Assembly: GCA_964424655.1 (NCBI GenBank)
Contig: CAYRJR010000002.1
Span: 1-36,682 of the forward strand
Direction: 5' to 3'
Length of the DNA stretch: 36,682 nt
From: an uncultured Chitinophagaceae bacterium
GTDB taxonomy: Bacteria; Bacteroidota; Bacteroidia; Chitinophagales; Chitinophagaceae
The notes under the pieces are model-generated. The model saw only the letters and a program-made list of their open reading frames with translations. It ran no database searches and was not told the origin of the DNA. Of the stretch, positions 1 to 7,456 are shown one piece after another; position 1 is the stretch's first letter, and the number at the start of each line of letters is the position of its first letter. The translations under genes were made by a program, and so were the position numbers.

Positions 1-153
<153 letters not shown>

Positions 154-261
154 GTCTGTGGCGCACGGAAATGCAGGCTTGCATTAACGCTTGCTTTTGC
201 CTGCCATTTGGGAATATTGCTTTCAGAAGTTCCCCATTCATCCTAAAAAAATCGGGCAATC

Positions 262-882
262 ATGATTGAGCAAAAACTCATCGTAGGCAGGTTTCTGAAT
301 CTGACCATCAACTCGCCCAAGCCAGCAGGCAATCAAGGCAATTTCGTCACTCAGGCTTCCATCGCAATGACTATCCAGGAGTCCACAGGCTCCAAAGTGA
401 AGACTAGTAATGTGGTTTTAGGCACTGGCCATAAAGCACACCGAAACTTTCAATGGTTGCATTGGGTGCCGGGCAGCATCTGCCAGGTTCCTTTCAACGG
501 ACTGGATGTCCTCACTGGCCCCATGAGCGGCTGCTACATCACTAATTACCGGATTGGCGGGCAAGAATACGTGGGCCATATCGGTACAGATATGGGGCCA
601 AACACACCCAATTCCATTGCTGCAAAAGCTTGCTGGAACAATTTTGCGACTGCCCATCCCTTAGATGTCTTAGGCGGCTTCAAACCCGCTTGGATAGGAG
701 CTTTACCACCCACCGTCAATGGCGATACAACTTGGGGCCTCCCTACAGTTTTCGGTTTGGTAACGATGAAGGAATACTACACACTGGTCACTTATCCACA
801 GCAAAACGCAGCCAATATTTACCGCATTGCAGGCTTGCAAAAGAATCCCTCTGTCCCTCTGATAACGCTTCAAAATCTGTAA
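262..882 (+). CDS. hypothetical protein with a CNF1/BLF1-like Cys-His (deamidase-type) signature
   Basis: 206-aa ATG-initiated ORF with no overlapping alternative of comparable quality. It has no signal peptide and no T9SS CTD. Motif LTGPMSGC(91)YITNYRIGGQEYVGH(106)IGT: Cys codon at 532-534, His codon at 577-579. The function is inferred from this motif only. Confidence 0.7.
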   Translation: MIEQKLIVGRFLNLTINSPKPAGNQGNFVTQASIAMTIQESTGSKVKTSNVVLGTGHKAHRNFQWLHWVPGSICQVPFNGLDVLTGPMSGCYITNYRIGGQEYVGHIGTDMGPNTPNSIAAKACWNNFATAHPLDVLGGFKPAWIGALPPTVNGDTTWGLPTVFGLVTMKEYYTLVTYPQQNAANIYRIAGLQKNPSVPLITLQNL

Positions 883-898
883 GCAAATTCTCCGCTTC

Positions 899-1714
899 TC
901 ACACTGCTACCGGCGCTTTGATATGCGGATGCGCCTGATAGTTTTCTAAGCTGAAATCTTCATAGCGAAACCCGAAAATGTCTTTCACTTCCGGGTTCAG
1001 CCGCATCAACGGCAGCGGGAAAGGCTCACGTGAAAGCTGAAGCTGTGCCTGCTCCAGATGGTTGCTATAGAGATGCGCATCGCCGAAGGTGTGGATAAAC
1101 TCGCCCGGTGCCATATCGCAAACCTGTGCCACCATCATCGTCAGCAAGGCATAAGATGCAATGTTGAAAGGCACACCCAGAAACACATCCGCACTGCGCT
1201 GATAAAGCTGGCAACTCAGTCGGGCTTTTGCTTCGCCCCGCGGCGCCGGCGACACAAAAAACTGAAACAGTGCATGGCAGGGGCTCAAGGCCATCTTCGG
1301 CAGGTCACCCACATTCCATGCAGACACAATTAGCCGACGGCTATCCGGATTACGTTGAATTTCGGCTACCACATCTTTGATTTGGTCGTGCGTCTTGCCA
1401 TCGGCTCCGGTCCAGCTCCGCCACTGATGCCCATACACAGGGCCCAGCTCGCCGTTTTTATCTGCCCACTCATCCCAGATACCCACACCATGCTCCTTCA
1501 GGTAAGCAATGTTCGTGTCGCCATTCAGGAACCAGAGCAGCTCATGGATGATGCTTTTCAGGTGCAGCTTTTTCGTCGTCACCATCGGGAAACCCTGCGC
1601 TAAATCAAAGCGCATCTGGTAGCCAAACACCGAGCGGGTGCCCGTGCCGGTACGGTCTGTTTTCACCACACCTTCGTCCAGGATGTGCCGCAGAAGTTTC
1701 AGGTATTGCTGCAT
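899..1714 (-). CDS. thyA: thymidylate synthase
   Basis: [16 protein letters not shown]-terminus, the catalytic-Cys motif [12 protein letters not shown], and [14 protein letters not shown]. The ORF-track start at 1738 is a TTG. The ATG at 1714 reproduces the canonical ThyA N-terminus (compare MKQYLELMQKVLDEG). Confidence 0.95.
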   Translation of the reverse strand: MQQYLKLLRHILDEGVVKTDRTGTGTRSVFGYQMRFDLAQGFPMVTTKKLHLKSIIHELLWFLNGDTNIAYLKEHGVGIWDEWADKNGELGPVYGHQWRSWTGADGKTHDQIKDVVAEIQRNPDSRRLIVSAWNVGDLPKMALSPCHALFQFFVSPAPRGEAKARLSCQLYQRSADVFLGVPFNIASYALLTMMVAQVCDMAPGEFIHTFGDAHLYSNHLEQAQLQLSREPFPLPLMRLNPEVKDIFGFRYEDFSLENYQAHPHIKAPVAV

Positions 1715-1969
1715 GCCCTCAAAATTAGCAAGGCCCAAAGCCCTAAGCTGGTATGTGGAAATTTTTGTGGGTTAAGCTATGGTGCTGCTATAAAGCTTTT
1801 GTGGCGATGGCACCGTTCATCTGATAGCTACTATCAGGCTTTCCTCATGAAATACTGGAGGAGTGTCGCAACCCGATTTGTCCATTTCTTAAAAAAAGGA
1901 AACCCCGTTCGAAACCCGGCGAACGACACGCACAACAAACATTAATTTTTTGGAACCTTGCAGCCGCAA

Positions 1970-3469
1970 ATGGCATCTCTGAAAAGCCTCGCAGGGCAGA
2001 CCATCTGGTACGGCATGAGCAATATCGCCGCCCGACTGCTCAACTACCTGCTCACACCGCTGCTCACCTACCTGCTCCATACACCCAAGGGCCAGGCCGA
2101 CTACGGCGATTTCTCCGTCCTCTACGCAGCCATTTCTTTCGCCAACATCATCTTCACCTACGGCATGGAGACGGCCTACTTCCGTTTTGCCGCTACCAAC
2201 GAAGACAAACGCAAACTTTTCGAAACCAGCTTCAGCTCACTGCTGGTCAGCACCCTGCTTCTGAGCGGCATTGTGTTGCTCTTCCGCCAGCCACTGAGCG
2301 AGCTGCTGGGCACCACCGGCCATCCGGAATACATCACACTTTCCGTGGCCATCATCGCGGCGGATACGCTGGCAGTGATTCCTTTCGCAAAGCTGCGTCA
2401 GGTGGGCAGGCCGCGTAAGTATGCCTTCATCCGTGTGCTGGGCATCACGGTGAATGTGGCCCTCACTGTGTTGTTCATTGCCTGGTCGCCAGGCTGGGTG
2501 GATCAGCACCCGGATAGCAGCTATGCCCTCTGGTACGCGGGCTACACCAAGCCTGCGTTGCTGCTCTTAGCCAACCTCGCCGGTTCCGTAGCCACCTTGC
2601 TGCTGCTGGCTCAGGAATGGGCCGGCTTCCGCTTTCGATTCGATGCAGCCTTGTGGCGGCGCATCCTGGCCTACAGCTCACCCTTCATTATCATCGGGCT
2701 GGGCGGTATGGTCAACGAAACGATGGACCGCATCATGCTACGCCAGCTCCTGCCTACAGATGCCGAAACCGCTAAACGAGCCGTAGCCATCTATTCCGCC
2801 AACTACAAGCTGGCCATTTTCATCACACTGTTTATCCAGGCTTTTCGACTGGCAGCAGAACCCTTCTTTTTCAACCAAAGCAATGAGCGCAATGCCCCAC
2901 AGACCTATGCGCGAGTGATGAAATGGTTCGTCATCACACTCTGCTTTGCCTTTTTGTTCACGGCGCTGTTTTTGGATGTCTGGCAATACATGGTCGGTGC
3001 GGAATACCGCGTAGGCTTGGGCGTGGTGCCCATCCTGCTCTATGCCAACCTCGCCCTCGGCATCTATTACAACCTATCAGTCTGGTATAAAATCAAAGAC
3101 CACCTGGGCTGGGGTGTGGCCATCACACTCATGGGCACGGCCATCACGCTGGTCATCAACTTTGCCTTTATCCCGAAATGGGGCATGTGGGCCTGCGCCT
3201 GGGCAACGGCCATTTGCTACATCAGTATGATGGTGGCTTCTTATTTCGCAGGGCAGCGCTACTTCCCAGTGCCCTATGCCGTGGGCCGATTGCTGGGATA
3301 TATTGGCCTCATCACACTGCTCTTTTTTGCGCAGGAAGGCATTGCCCGGCTGAGCCCATCCTTCCTGATTCGCTTATTTAGCGGCATGGTGCTGATGCTC
3401 GTATTTATCCTGAGCGTCTGGAAGCTGGAGCGTGCCGAATTGGGAGCGCTTTTACGCCGCAAGGCATAG
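1970..3469 (+). CDS. polysaccharide biosynthesis protein / oligosaccharide flippase (MOP/Wzx-like, multi-pass membrane)
   Basis: About 500 aa and hydrophobic throughout, with roughly 12-14 predicted TM segments. The N-terminus SLAGQTIWYGMSNIAARLLNYLLTPLLT is typical of Bacteroidota 'polysaccharide biosynthesis protein' flippases. I take the ATG at 1970 in place of the ORF-track TTG at 1958. Confidence 0.8.
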   Translation: MASLKSLAGQTIWYGMSNIAARLLNYLLTPLLTYLLHTPKGQADYGDFSVLYAAISFANIIFTYGMETAYFRFAATNEDKRKLFETSFSSLLVSTLLLSGIVLLFRQPLSELLGTTGHPEYITLSVAIIAADTLAVIPFAKLRQVGRPRKYAFIRVLGITVNVALTVLFIAWSPGWVDQHPDSSYALWYAGYTKPALLLLANLAGSVATLLLLAQEWAGFRFRFDAALWRRILAYSSPFIIIGLGGMVNETMDRIMLRQLLPTDAETAKRAVAIYSANYKLAIFITLFIQAFRLAAEPFFFNQSNERNAPQTYARVMKWFVITLCFAFLFTALFLDVWQYMVGAEYRVGLGVVPILLYANLALGIYYNLSVWYKIKDHLGWGVAITLMGTAITLVINFAFIPKWGMWACAWATAICYISMMVASYFAGQRYFPVPYAVGRLLGYIGLITLLFFAQEGIARLSPSFLIRLFSGMVLMLVFILSVWKLERAELGALLRRKA

Positions 3470-3470
3470 C

Positions 3471-4436
3471 TTATTTCCGCGCCAGGACTGCCTCTGCTTT
3501 CGCAACGATATTCTCTTTCGTCAGGCCGTATTTGGTCAGCAATTGCATCGGTGTTCCGCTTTCGCCAAACGTATCCTGCACGGCTACCATGTCAACTGGT
3601 GTGGGCAGCTTGCGGGCCAGCACGGCAGCCACACTTTCGCCCAAGCCACCGTTTTGTTGATGCTCTTCTGCCGTCACCACACAGCGGGTCTTGGCAGCAG
3701 ATTTCAGAATGGCTTCTTCGTCCAGCGGTTTGATGGTGTGCATGTTGATGACCTCGGCGGAGATACCTTTTTCGGCCAGAATCTGGGCTGCCTGCACAGC
3801 CATCCACACGAGGTGTCCACAAGCGATAATGCTGACATCGCTGCCTTCGGCTAAAAGCTGTGCTTTCCCAATCTGAAAATCGCTGCCGTCTTCGGCTGTG
3901 AAGTTGGCCCATTTGGGTCGGCCAAAGCGGAGATAGACGGGGCCTTTGTAGCCAGCAATAGCGATGGTGGCGGCCTTGGTCTGATTGAAATCGCAGGGCA
4001 CAATCACCGTCATGCCGGGCAGCATTTTCATCATGCCGATATCCTCGAGCACCTGGTGTGTGGCGCCGTCTTCGCCCAGGGTTAGGCCGGCATGGCTGGC
4101 GCAAATCTTGACGTTCTTTCCGCTGTAGGCAATGCTTTGGCGGATCTGGTCATAGACGCGGGAGGTGGAGAAATTGGCGAAGGTGGTGGTGTAAGGAATC
4201 TTTCCTCCGATGGACAGGCCGGCAGCCACACCCATCATATTGGCTTCGGCAATGCCGCATTGCACAAAGCGATCGGGAAATTCTTTCATGAAAGGCCCCA
4301 GTTTGAGGGAGCCTGCGAGGTCGGCGGTAAGGGCAATCACATCAGGATTGCGGCGACCTGCTTCGAGGATGCCCTCGCCAAAGCCGGCGCGGGTTTCTTT
4401 TTCGTTGAGGAGCTTAATGTCGGAAAGTTGCGGCAT
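3471..4436 (-). CDS. transketolase family protein, C-terminal (pyrimidine-binding plus C-terminal domain) subunit
   Basis: ETRAGFGEGILEAGRRNPDVIALTADLAGSLKL...FVQCGIAEANMMGVAAGLS...HAGLTLGEDGATHQ is typical of the split-transketolase C-subunit. I place the start at the ATG at 4436 (MPQLSD...). The ORF-track extension to 4538 runs into a repeat element. Confidence 0.9.
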   Translation of the reverse strand: MPQLSDIKLLNEKETRAGFGEGILEAGRRNPDVIALTADLAGSLKLGPFMKEFPDRFVQCGIAEANMMGVAAGLSIGGKIPYTTTFANFSTSRVYDQIRQSIAYSGKNVKICASHAGLTLGEDGATHQVLEDIGMMKMLPGMTVIVPCDFNQTKAATIAIAGYKGPVYLRFGRPKWANFTAEDGSDFQIGKAQLLAEGSDVSIIACGHLVWMAVQAAQILAEKGISAEVINMHTIKPLDEEAILKSAAKTRCVVTAEEHQQNGGLGESVAAVLARKLPTPVDMVAVQDTFGESGTPMQLLTKYGLTKENIVAKAEAVLARK

Positions 4437-4515
4437 GGGCCGCAAAGGTAGGATTAGGGCAGGCTGTTTCTGAATATTCAGAAGGGATGAAGGCATAGAG
4501 TCGGGGGCCATACTT

Positions 4516-4608
4516 AGATGCCATGAAAAAAGCAACATAGCAGCACTGGCCCCTCAGTGTGCGACGCAACGGATGCCTCATCAGGGCGCTTCCAGCCGGC
4601 AAAAAAAT
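4516..4608 (-). repeat. solo copy (left arm only) of an intergenic repeat family also present at 10570-10770 and 22021-22190
   Basis: The reverse complement of 4516-4589 aligns over about 75 nt at roughly 90% identity with 10591-10666 (shared core gccctgatgRRgcatccgttgcgtcgcacactgaggggccagtgctgctatg...catggcatct). In both copies the core is preceded, in element orientation, by a T-run. Confidence 0.85.
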
Positions 4609-4941
4609 CTACTTCATGTTTATATAGCCCCAGTCTTTCAGCCAGGCGATGATTTTTTCCCGGTAGTCGCCCTGAATCAGGATTTCTCCATCCTTCGCGC
4701 TGCCGCCTGTTCCGCATTTGGTTTTTAGTTCTTTTCCCAATGCCTGCAAGTCTTCGGGCTTGCCCACAAAGCCGGTCACCTGCGTGACCACCTTCCCGGC
4801 ACGTTGCTTTTTATCCAGCAGCACCCGCAGCTTCTGTTGTGTCTTGGGAAGGCTTTCTGTTATTGCGTCTTGCTCGTCTTGTGCAGGATTGAAATCGGGA
4901 TTGGTGGAATAAACCAATCCGCCTTGCCGGTACTTTGCCAT
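4609..4941 (-). CDS. yciH: translation initiation factor SUI1/YciH family protein
   Basis: 110 aa. The SUI1 domain pattern LRVLLDKKQRAGKVVTQVTGF...LKTKCGTGGSAKDGEILIQGDYREKI is present. Confidence 0.9.
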   Translation of the reverse strand: MAKYRQGGLVYSTNPDFNPAQDEQDAITESLPKTQQKLRVLLDKKQRAGKVVTQVTGFVGKPEDLQALGKELKTKCGTGGSAKDGEILIQGDYREKIIAWLKDWGYINMK

Positions 4942-4963
4942 ACGTCAAATTTCTGTAGGGAAA

Positions 4964-6094
4964 TTATAGGGTGAGCGAAGCTAGTCTGGTTGCTGCGGCT
5001 TCGATGGTTTCCAATTTCTTCGCGAAGCAGAAACGCAGTAGATGTTCATCGCGTCCTTTGCTGTAAAAGGCAGAAACGGGAATACTGGCTACGCCATAGT
5101 TTTTAGTCAGCCAGGTTGCAAATTCATGGTCGCCCATCGGGGAAATTCCTTCGTAGGAAAGAAGTTGGAAATAGGAGCCTGCCGCAGGCGTGAGCAGCCT
5201 GAAAGGTGTATGCTTCATCAACTTCAAAAACAGGTCGCGGCGGGCTTGCATCTCTAAAGCAGGTGATTTGCGGTCGGGCAATACCAGATAATCTGAAATG
5301 CCTTTTTGCATGGGTGTACTGACTGAAAAGCCGAGAAACTGATGCAGGTTTCTGAACTGAAGAGTTAGATCATTAGGTGCAATACAGTAGCCCACTTTCC
5401 AGCCCGTGCAGTGGAAAGATTTACCAAATGAAAAGATGGCAAATGAGCGGCTGCGCAGGCCGGGATGAGAAAGCACACTCTGATGCTTGCGGCCATCATA
5501 TACGAGCTGCTCATACACCTCGTCAGAAATGACATAGAGCTTGTTTTGCTCAGCCAGCCTGGCCAGTTCATCCAAGTCTTCACGAAGAAAGCAGGCCCCG
5601 GTTGGGTTGTGTGGTGAGTTGACGATGATGGCCCGGGTGTGCTGGGTTATGGCGCCGCGTATTTCATCCCAATCGGGTCGGAATTCAGGTGCGCGAAGGG
5701 GCAAGCAGACCGGCTTTGCGCCGCATTGAATGATGTTGGGGATATAGCTGTCGTAGGCAGGTTCCAGTACAATTACTTCATCGCCGGGCCGCAGGATGCA
5801 GGCAAATGCCGTGTAGATTGCATAAGTAGCTCCCGGAGTGATGGTGATTTCAGACTCGCCATCTATATCCAGCTCATGACGTTTCAGGAAGTCATCGGCA
5901 ATGGCGTAGCGCAATAAGGCAAGGCCGGCCATCGGGGCATATTGGTTAAATCCCTTTTGCATGGCCTGATAGACGAGGGCAATCAGGCGGGCATCCATCT
6001 CAAAATCAGGGAAACCCTGCGAGAGATTGATGGCTCCATGTTGTGCCGCAAGGGCCGACATGACGCTGAATATGGTGACTTTAGGATGGGCCAC
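4964..6094 (-). CDS. pyridoxal-phosphate-dependent aminotransferase (class I/II, YbdL-like methionine aminotransferase)
   Basis: INLSQGFPDF, NSPHNPTG and the PLP-lysine region FSFGKSFHCTGWKVGY. The only in-frame start upstream of the conserved N-terminus is the GTG at 6094. Confidence 0.9.
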   Translation of the reverse strand: MAHPKVTIFSVMSALAAQHGAINLSQGFPDFEMDARLIALVYQAMQKGFNQYAPMAGLALLRYAIADDFLKRHELDIDGESEITITPGATYAIYTAFACILRPGDEVIVLEPAYDSYIPNIIQCGAKPVCLPLRAPEFRPDWDEIRGAITQHTRAIIVNSPHNPTGACFLREDLDELARLAEQNKLYVISDEVYEQLVYDGRKHQSVLSHPGLRSRSFAIFSFGKSFHCTGWKVGYCIAPNDLTLQFRNLHQFLGFSVSTPMQKGISDYLVLPDRKSPALEMQARRDLFLKLMKHTPFRLLTPAAGSYFQLLSYEGISPMGDHEFATWLTKNYGVASIPVSAFYSKGRDEHLLRFCFAKKLETIEAAATRLASLTL

Positions 6095-6187
6095 GTCTAA
6101 ATCAGAAGAATCTGTTTTACAAATCCCGACAGAGCCTAAGTTATGCGAATTTATAAGGCCACCTGGTGCTTTGCTTCAGGTTGTGCT

Positions 6188-7276
6188 TTATAAATATTTA
6201 TCACCTTTGTTCCGCTTCACTTCGGCCACATAATCCTTGATTTGTTGTTCGCGGGCCCGCTCGCAGACGAGCAGTACATCGGGTGTGTCAATCAATACGA
6301 AGCGGTCAAGACCCTGCACCACCACCAATTTTTCATCAGGGGCTTTAATCATGCATTCGTTGGCATCAATCACCATCACATTTTGCCCATACACGGCATT
6401 GCCGAGATAATCTTTTTGGGAATTATCATAGGCACTGTCCCAGGTGCCGAGGTCGCACCAACCGAAATAAGCCGGAATGCTGAATACATTCTTGGCCTTT
6501 TCCATGATGCCGTAGTCAATCGAAATGTTGGTGCATTGTGGGTATAGCTCTGCAATGACGGCAGCTTCGCGGGGCGTGTTGTAATCTTCCTGAGCCTGCG
6601 CAAAAACCTCATTCAGCTCCGGAAGGAATTTCTCCAGGGCTTCGATGATGCTGCGCACATTCCAGATGAAGATGCCCGAGTTCCAGAGGAAGTCACCGCT
6701 TTTAAGGAAGGTGCGTGCCAAGTCTAATGAAGGTTTTTCCGTAAAAGTCTTTACACGTGCGACGCTATGATCATTAGCATTTTCCGTTTCAATTTGAATG
6801 TAGCCGTAACCAGTATCGGGCCTGGTAGGCTTAATGCCCAGTGTGAGTAGGGCATTGTGGTGGGCCACATAATCAAGGGCTTCGTGCATGGAGCGTTCGA
6901 AGGCCCGTTCATCCATGATCAGGTGATCGGCGGGCGACATGATGATGTTGGCTTTGGGATTTTTCGCCAACATCTTATGGGCGAAATACGCGGCACAGGG
7001 TGCTGTATTTTTTCGGGAAGGCTCTGAGATAATATTCTCGTCCGATATTTCAGGAATCTGCTCTTTGAGCATCCCGATATAATGCTGATTGGTGATGAAA
7101 AAGATATTTTCCTGTGGGCATATTTCACGGAAGCGGAGGTAGGTCCACTGAATCAGGGAACGGCCTGTGCCCAGCAAGTCCAAAAATTGCTTAGGCTTTG
7201 CTGCACGGCTTTCGGGCCAGAAGCGGCTACCGATACCGCCGGCCATGATGGCGACGTAATTGTTTTGAATGCTCAT
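6188..7276 (-). CDS. manC: mannose-1-phosphate guanylyltransferase
   Basis: The nucleotidyltransferase motif IMAGGIGSRFWPESR..PKQFL is present, and the length of about 360 aa fits. I prefer the ATG at 7276; the ORF-track start at 7282 is a TTG. Confidence 0.9.
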   Translation of the reverse strand: MSIQNNYVAIMAGGIGSRFWPESRAAKPKQFLDLLGTGRSLIQWTYLRFREICPQENIFFITNQHYIGMLKEQIPEISDENIISEPSRKNTAPCAAYFAHKMLAKNPKANIIMSPADHLIMDERAFERSMHEALDYVAHHNALLTLGIKPTRPDTGYGYIQIETENANDHSVARVKTFTEKPSLDLARTFLKSGDFLWNSGIFIWNVRSIIEALEKFLPELNEVFAQAQEDYNTPREAAVIAELYPQCTNISIDYGIMEKAKNVFSIPAYFGWCDLGTWDSAYDNSQKDYLGNAVYGQNVMVIDANECMIKAPDEKLVVVQGLDRFVLIDTPDVLLVCERAREQQIKDYVAEVKRNKGDKYL

Positions 7277-7419
7277 GGACAATAGAAAATAATTTGCTCA
7301 GAATTCAGGCGAGATGCGGCATTACCAATCAGAAACTGAAAATCTTCCTCAGCCTCAAAAGTGACATAAAATGCCAAATGGCTCATGGCAATATGCGCAA
7401 TCCCGGCTCGTTATTAAGA

Positions 7420-7427
7420 TACTTTTG
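7420..7427 (+). promoter_or_regulatory. candidate Bacteroidota sigma-A -7 element (TACTTTTG fits TAnnTTTG)
   Basis: Exact match to TAnnTTTG, 30 nt upstream of the ATG at 7457. I saw no clear -33 TTTG at the expected spacing. Confidence 0.25.
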
Positions 7428-7456
7428 AAAATTCCATTTTGCCCCGATTACTCATT

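Noticed and set aside
3592-4104. Long antisense or alternative-frame ORFs inside confident genes, for example 3592-4104 minus, 7637-8209 minus, 8603-9007 minus, 10070-10474 minus and 35022-35456 minus.
   Set aside because: They are embedded in genes with strong homology-based support. Their translations are Arg/Pro/His-rich or otherwise compositionally odd, as expected for shadow ORFs in moderately GC-rich coding DNA.
4570-4590. A hammerhead-ribozyme-like CUGAUGAG core in the repeat element (reverse strand: gcCCTGATGAGGcatcc).
   Set aside because: No downstream GAAA core and no stem II/III arrangement can be drawn. The sister copy at 10595-10603 reads CTGATGGGA, which breaks the invariant core. 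This is a chance similarity within a DNA repeat.
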